NCBI GenBank assembly: GCA_007130125.1
Contig: SLSZ01000033.1
Location: 1 to 53,655 of the forward strand
Length of the DNA: 53,655 nt
Direction of reading: 5' to 3'
DNA from: Bacteroidales bacterium
GTDB lineage: Bacteria; Bacteroidota; Bacteroidia; Bacteroidales; UBA7960
The position numbers and the translations under genes are program-made. Shown here piece by piece: positions 50,222 to 53,655 of the stretch (its first letter is position 1; each line of letters opens with the position of its first letter). The notes under the pieces were generated by a model. The model saw nothing but the letters and a program-made list of their open reading frames with translations. It had not been told where the DNA came from and made no database searches.

Positions 50222-52717
50222 TCAATTTTGTTTTTCTAATAATGATTGAGCCAGGCTGACGCTAATTCTCTCTCCATTGTTAAACGCAACTATGTATGTG
50301 TCATAATCCATTTCCCTTAACTTTCGCATCATATTATATGCTGAAGTGAAGTTGCGGAAACTTCCTACGAGATATCTGTGAAAACGGTCAGAATCATAGT
50401 AATATATTATATCAGTTTCGGGATATTCTTCCATTATTCTGTTATAGAATCTAGGGTGAACAGGGTTGCGTGTTGCAACAAATTGTACCATAAATTCTAC
50501 ACCGGTGGCAAAATATACGTCTTTTTCAAGTGAATTCAGGTAGCGAAAACTATGTTTCGCAGCTTCATTTATGTATGACTGAAATTCACTTCTGTCAATT
50601 GGTTCAAAATTAGCTCTTCTGTTCATCTGGTGTTCACTATCAGTTTGGGCATTGCTAACAACCAAATCCATTTTGCCATAACCTGAAGGATACATCCTTT
50701 TTTCATCCACCCCTTTCTTTATAAGGTAATTCATGGCACTAAAAGCTCTTTCCTGTGAAAGGTAAAAATTGAATAAATGCCCGGCTATTTCATCTGTGTG
50801 TGCCCTTATTATAATACATTGATCAGGATTGTTTTTAAGAAACTCAACAATCGAATCAAGTTGTTTTTCAGAATAAGGCCTTAGATCATATTTTCCAAAA
50901 TCAAAATATATTGTTGGCAAACCATAATCGTCAAAGAAAACTGTTGGAGTATCGGGAATTGGTTCAGGGGTTACTTCTTCAACAATTTCCTCAGTTTCAA
51001 CTACCTCTGGCTCATCCTCTTCTGCAAGTAATTCTTCTTCTTCTACTTCGGGGAAAAGGTATAAATCATAGTTATATTCTGTAATAACTTCAAACTGGCT
51101 GGAAACCAATTGGTCTTTAACAAGTATTTCTTCAACCATCTCTTCATATCCTTCCAGGTATGCTTCAGCTTCATAGTTTATATCTGTAGGCAAGTCCGCG
51201 ACTTCATATTTGCCAATGGCATCAGTAGAAACAACATACATTGAGCCATCATCTCCATATAAGGTAAATTCAAGATTTTTAACAGGTTCATAAGTTGCAG
51301 CATCAAGTACTTCACCTTTTAGTGTTATGGATTTTGTAGTTACTCTAAATGAATATAAGTCATCACTTCCGGTGCCTCCCGGGCGGTTTGAAGTAAAGAA
51401 GCCTTTTGAGTAATCATCACTTATAACAAACCCGAAATCATCCGCACTACTGTTTATAGGGGCACCCATGTTTTGCGGGGTTGAATAATTACCATCCTCA
51501 TCAATTCTTGAATAAAAAATGTCAAAATTACCCATGCCAGGGTGTCCAAATGAAGAGAAATACAAAACATTACCTGCTATAAACGGATAAGCATCGTTGT
51601 AAGGAGTGTTTATTGTATTGCCAAGGTTTTTAGGTTCATCCCAACTGCCGTCATCATTTTTATATATTTTGTAAAGATCATATCCGCCATATCCATCGGG
51701 TTTATCTGATGCAAAATAAAGTACGTCACCACCATCATTTATTGATGGATAGCCTATGTTATACTCATCAGTATTATAATCCAAAATTATTGGATCACCC
51801 CAAACATCGTGGTCAATGTTATATTCTGACCAATATATATCACACGTTTCACGTTCTCCTGTGAATCCACCGCAATTCATGAAATAACCAATCTGATTAT
51901 TTTCATCATACGACAGGAATCCATCATAATAATCGCTGTTTATTCCTCCTTTTGCAAGAGCTGGCCTTTCCCAATCGCCTTCCTGGCGGTCATACATAAC
52001 CTGATAGATGTTTGAATAACCTTGCTGCTCGGTTACACCAATGCCTGCATCATCCCTTAACCTGGTTGAAGCAAAAACAATCCTCTCTTTTGGTGTTTCA
52101 AAACGCCTTGCCCAATATATAAGGTTATTATAACTTAAGATTATTTCTATATCATACTGTGCATCATATTTTGCAGGGTCATCGTGGAAGATTATATAGT
52201 TCTCAAGATAAGCTACTCCCCACTCCTCACCATCGCTACTGAGTGTTCCTTCATATGTAACTTCAAATATTGTTTCCCTGTCATAATTTTCTTTTGAGTA
52301 TTGAGCTGATTCAAGTACTTTTAAGCCTCTTTCATTTTCCGGCTCATATTCCAGAAATCTTTCAGCAAATTCAATAGAATTGTCAAACTCCTCCAGTCCA
52401 AGCATCATTTCACTGAGATGCAAATAAACTATTGGGTCGTCATAGCCTGAAGTCATAGCAGTATTATACCATTGTTTTGCTTTTTGATAATTAAGCAACA
52501 TTCTATAAGATTCTCCAATCTTAAAAGCCACATCTCGCTTGATAACAGGAGAATCTTCCCTTTTGTAAACTCTTTCATAAACATCAATGGCTTCGTAGTA
52601 CTGACGTTGTTGGAAGAGCTCGTCAGCTGCTTCAATCCTTTGTTGAGTTCTGCTTTGTCCAAATGCTATAGAGCTTATAAGGACTATTCCTAAAAAAAGT
52701 ATATTAGTTTTATTCAT
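50222..52717 (-). CDS. OmpA-family protein (TPR, TolB-like beta-propeller repeats, CarboxypepD_reg-like and OmpA_C domains, plus a C-terminal SPOR-like extension)
   Basis: 831 aa. Signal peptide. N-terminal TPR (YYEAIDVYERVY). Repeated DxYPxxxxDGxxLYFSS-type PD40 motifs. OmpA_C region (IYFDFGKYDLRP ... RAHTD ... NFYLSQERA ... NRRANFE). About 130 further residues follow, ending in an RYLVGSF...A... pattern. Confidence 0.85.
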   Translation of the reverse strand: MNKTNILFLGIVLISSIAFGQSRTQQRIEAADELFQQRQYYEAIDVYERVYKREDSPVIKRDVAFKIGESYRMLLNYQKAKQWYNTAMTSGYDDPIVYLHLSEMMLGLEEFDNSIEFAERFLEYEPENERGLKVLESAQYSKENYDRETIFEVTYEGTLSSDGEEWGVAYLENYIIFHDDPAKYDAQYDIEIILSYNNLIYWARRFETPKERIVFASTRLRDDAGIGVTEQQGYSNIYQVMYDRQEGDWERPALAKGGINSDYYDGFLSYDENNQIGYFMNCGGFTGERETCDIYWSEYNIDHDVWGDPIILDYNTDEYNIGYPSINDGGDVLYFASDKPDGYGGYDLYKIYKNDDGSWDEPKNLGNTINTPYNDAYPFIAGNVLYFSSFGHPGMGNFDIFYSRIDEDGNYSTPQNMGAPINSSADDFGFVISDDYSKGFFTSNRPGGTGSDDLYSFRVTTKSITLKGEVLDAATYEPVKNLEFTLYGDDGSMYVVSTDAIGKYEVADLPTDINYEAEAYLEGYEEMVEEILVKDQLVSSQFEVITEYNYDLYLFPEVEEEELLAEEDEPEVVETEEIVEEVTPEPIPDTPTVFFDDYGLPTIYFDFGKYDLRPYSEKQLDSIVEFLKNNPDQCIIIRAHTDEIAGHLFNFYLSQERAFSAMNYLIKKGVDEKRMYPSGYGKMDLVVSNAQTDSEHQMNRRANFEPIDRSEFQSYINEAAKHSFRYLNSLEKDVYFATGVEFMVQFVATRNPVHPRFYNRIMEEYPETDIIYYYDSDRFHRYLVGSFRNFTSAYNMMRKLREMDYDTYIVAFNNGERISVSLAQSLLEKQN

Positions 52718-52902
52718 CAGCTAATAAAAGGTTATTAAATGGGTTTACGTTAATAAAACATTAAAGTTTTATTATACGGTATTTTAATACTGTTTAAACG
52801 ATTCAGCATAAAATATATTTTTATTTTAACTTCATGTTGTCTAGCAACAAAAAAGATGCTTAAGCAAAATTAATAAAAATACTAATAAACAAACCTTTAA
52901 TG

Positions 52903-53655
52903 TTATTGTTCTTGAACAATAACTGTAACGGAGCCTTTGAGCTCGGTTTTATTATTATTAGCATCATAAACCGTTGCTATGTAATAATATGTACCGGGAG
53001 CAACCCTTCTTCCCCTGTACGTACCATCCCAACCATCGTTCCCTTCATAAATCTTTTGTCCCCAACGGTTGAATACTACCAGCTGAACACCTTTTGCAAA
53101 GATCCGGTTTTCTTCAAATTCACTGTCCGGGATAAAAGCATTTGGTAAATCTTTAATAAATATTGTAATGGTGTTTGATATACCCTCACAACCAAAATAA
53201 CTAGCTATAACATAAATTTCCTGCTCGTCTTTTATTTGGCTTGTTTGATATGTATTGTCAGAACCGGATTGCTTTAACTCTCCATCAACATAAAAATCAT
53301 ATTTATGATAATTATCAGGTGTTGCGATAAAAGTAAGTGTTTGCCCCGGCAAAGGAGTATTTGTGGGTTCAACACTCAGATTGACAAAAGGTGTTTCAAT
53401 TTCTTTGATAAATACGTTCTCAGTTATAAAGCAATCCTGTTGATCTCCTACAGTAAATATAACGTAAGGCAGATAGGGGTCAAGTGGTCTTGTAACAAAA
53501 GGATTTCGTGAGTTAGAAAACACATTGCCCTCTACATCTGACCAGGTATAAACATATGGGGGTTCACCACCTCTTATTTCAATATGGTCACCAAGATATA
53601 CCTGCTCATCATCTTCACATAGTGCCGGATCATCGTGTATTATTACTATGAAATC
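52903..53655 (-). CDS. T9SS type-B C-terminal sorting-domain cargo protein, 3' part only (5' end outside the window)
   Basis: The frame stays open from 53655 (DFIVIIHDDPALCEDDEQ...GGEPPYVYTWSD...), so the GTG at 53523 is not the real start. The C-terminus FNRWGQKIYEGNDGWDGTYRGRRVAPGTYYYIATV...KGSVTVI is the gliding-motility-associated / CHU_C type-B CTD. Confidence 0.85.
   Translation of the reverse strand, partial: DFIVIIHDDPALCEDDEQVYLGDHIEIRGGEPPYVYTWSDVEGNVFSNSRNPFVTRPLDPYLPYVIFTVGDQQDCFITENVFIKEIETPFVNLSVEPTNTPLPGQTLTFIATPDNYHKYDFYVDGELKQSGSDNTYQTSQIKDEQEIYVIASYFGCEGISNTITIFIKDLPNAFIPDSEFEENRIFAKGVQLVVFNRWGQKIYEGNDGWDGTYRGRRVAPGTYYYIATVYDANNNKTELKGSVTVIVQEQ

Overview
This is an AT-rich chromosomal segment that is almost certainly from a Bacteroidota bacterium. 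The evidence is a T9SS type-B C-terminal sorting domain, a PorP/SprF gene, TAnnTTTG-type -7 promoter boxes, Bacteroidota-style ParC and TamB, and no obvious Shine-Dalgarno sequences.

I support 32 protein-coding genes and one RNA gene (RNase P RNA, class A).
- Core housekeeping: tgt, an LptF/G permease, two thioredoxins, gyrB, parC, tsaD, tamB and an FprA flavodiiron protein.
- Envelope genes: a FadL-like porin with an SGNH lipoprotein, a Wzx/PCP/Wzy_C trio, and a giant TPR protein with an outer-membrane beta-barrel.
- Catabolism: a split saccharopine-pathway pair (LKR and SDH) next to an M20 amidohydrolase, an alanine racemase and a threonine aldolase.
- Others: an SNF2 helicase and an orphan hybrid histidine kinase.
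- 3' window edge: a T9SS cargo / OmpA-family / PorP module, truncated by the window.

I found no tRNA, rRNA, CRISPR array, integrase, transposase, reverse transcriptase, toxin-antitoxin pair or recognisable defence gene set. The window reads as ordinary core genome, not an accessory island, and I cannot point to a convincing novel multi-gene system.

The observations most worth a second look:
1. A perfect 78-bp tandem duplication lies in the divergent promoter region between a DHOD-like gene that lacks the catalytic-Cys loop and an extended uridine-kinase-like gene.
2. rnpB begins directly after the stop codon of an Smr-domain gene.
3. A GC-enriched element with inverted repeats sits between the FadL-like and SGNH genes.
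4. The T9SS cargo / OmpA(+SPOR-like tail) / PorP module.
5. The TPR protein plus beta-barrel pair.

All functional calls come from motif recognition by eye; no database search was run.
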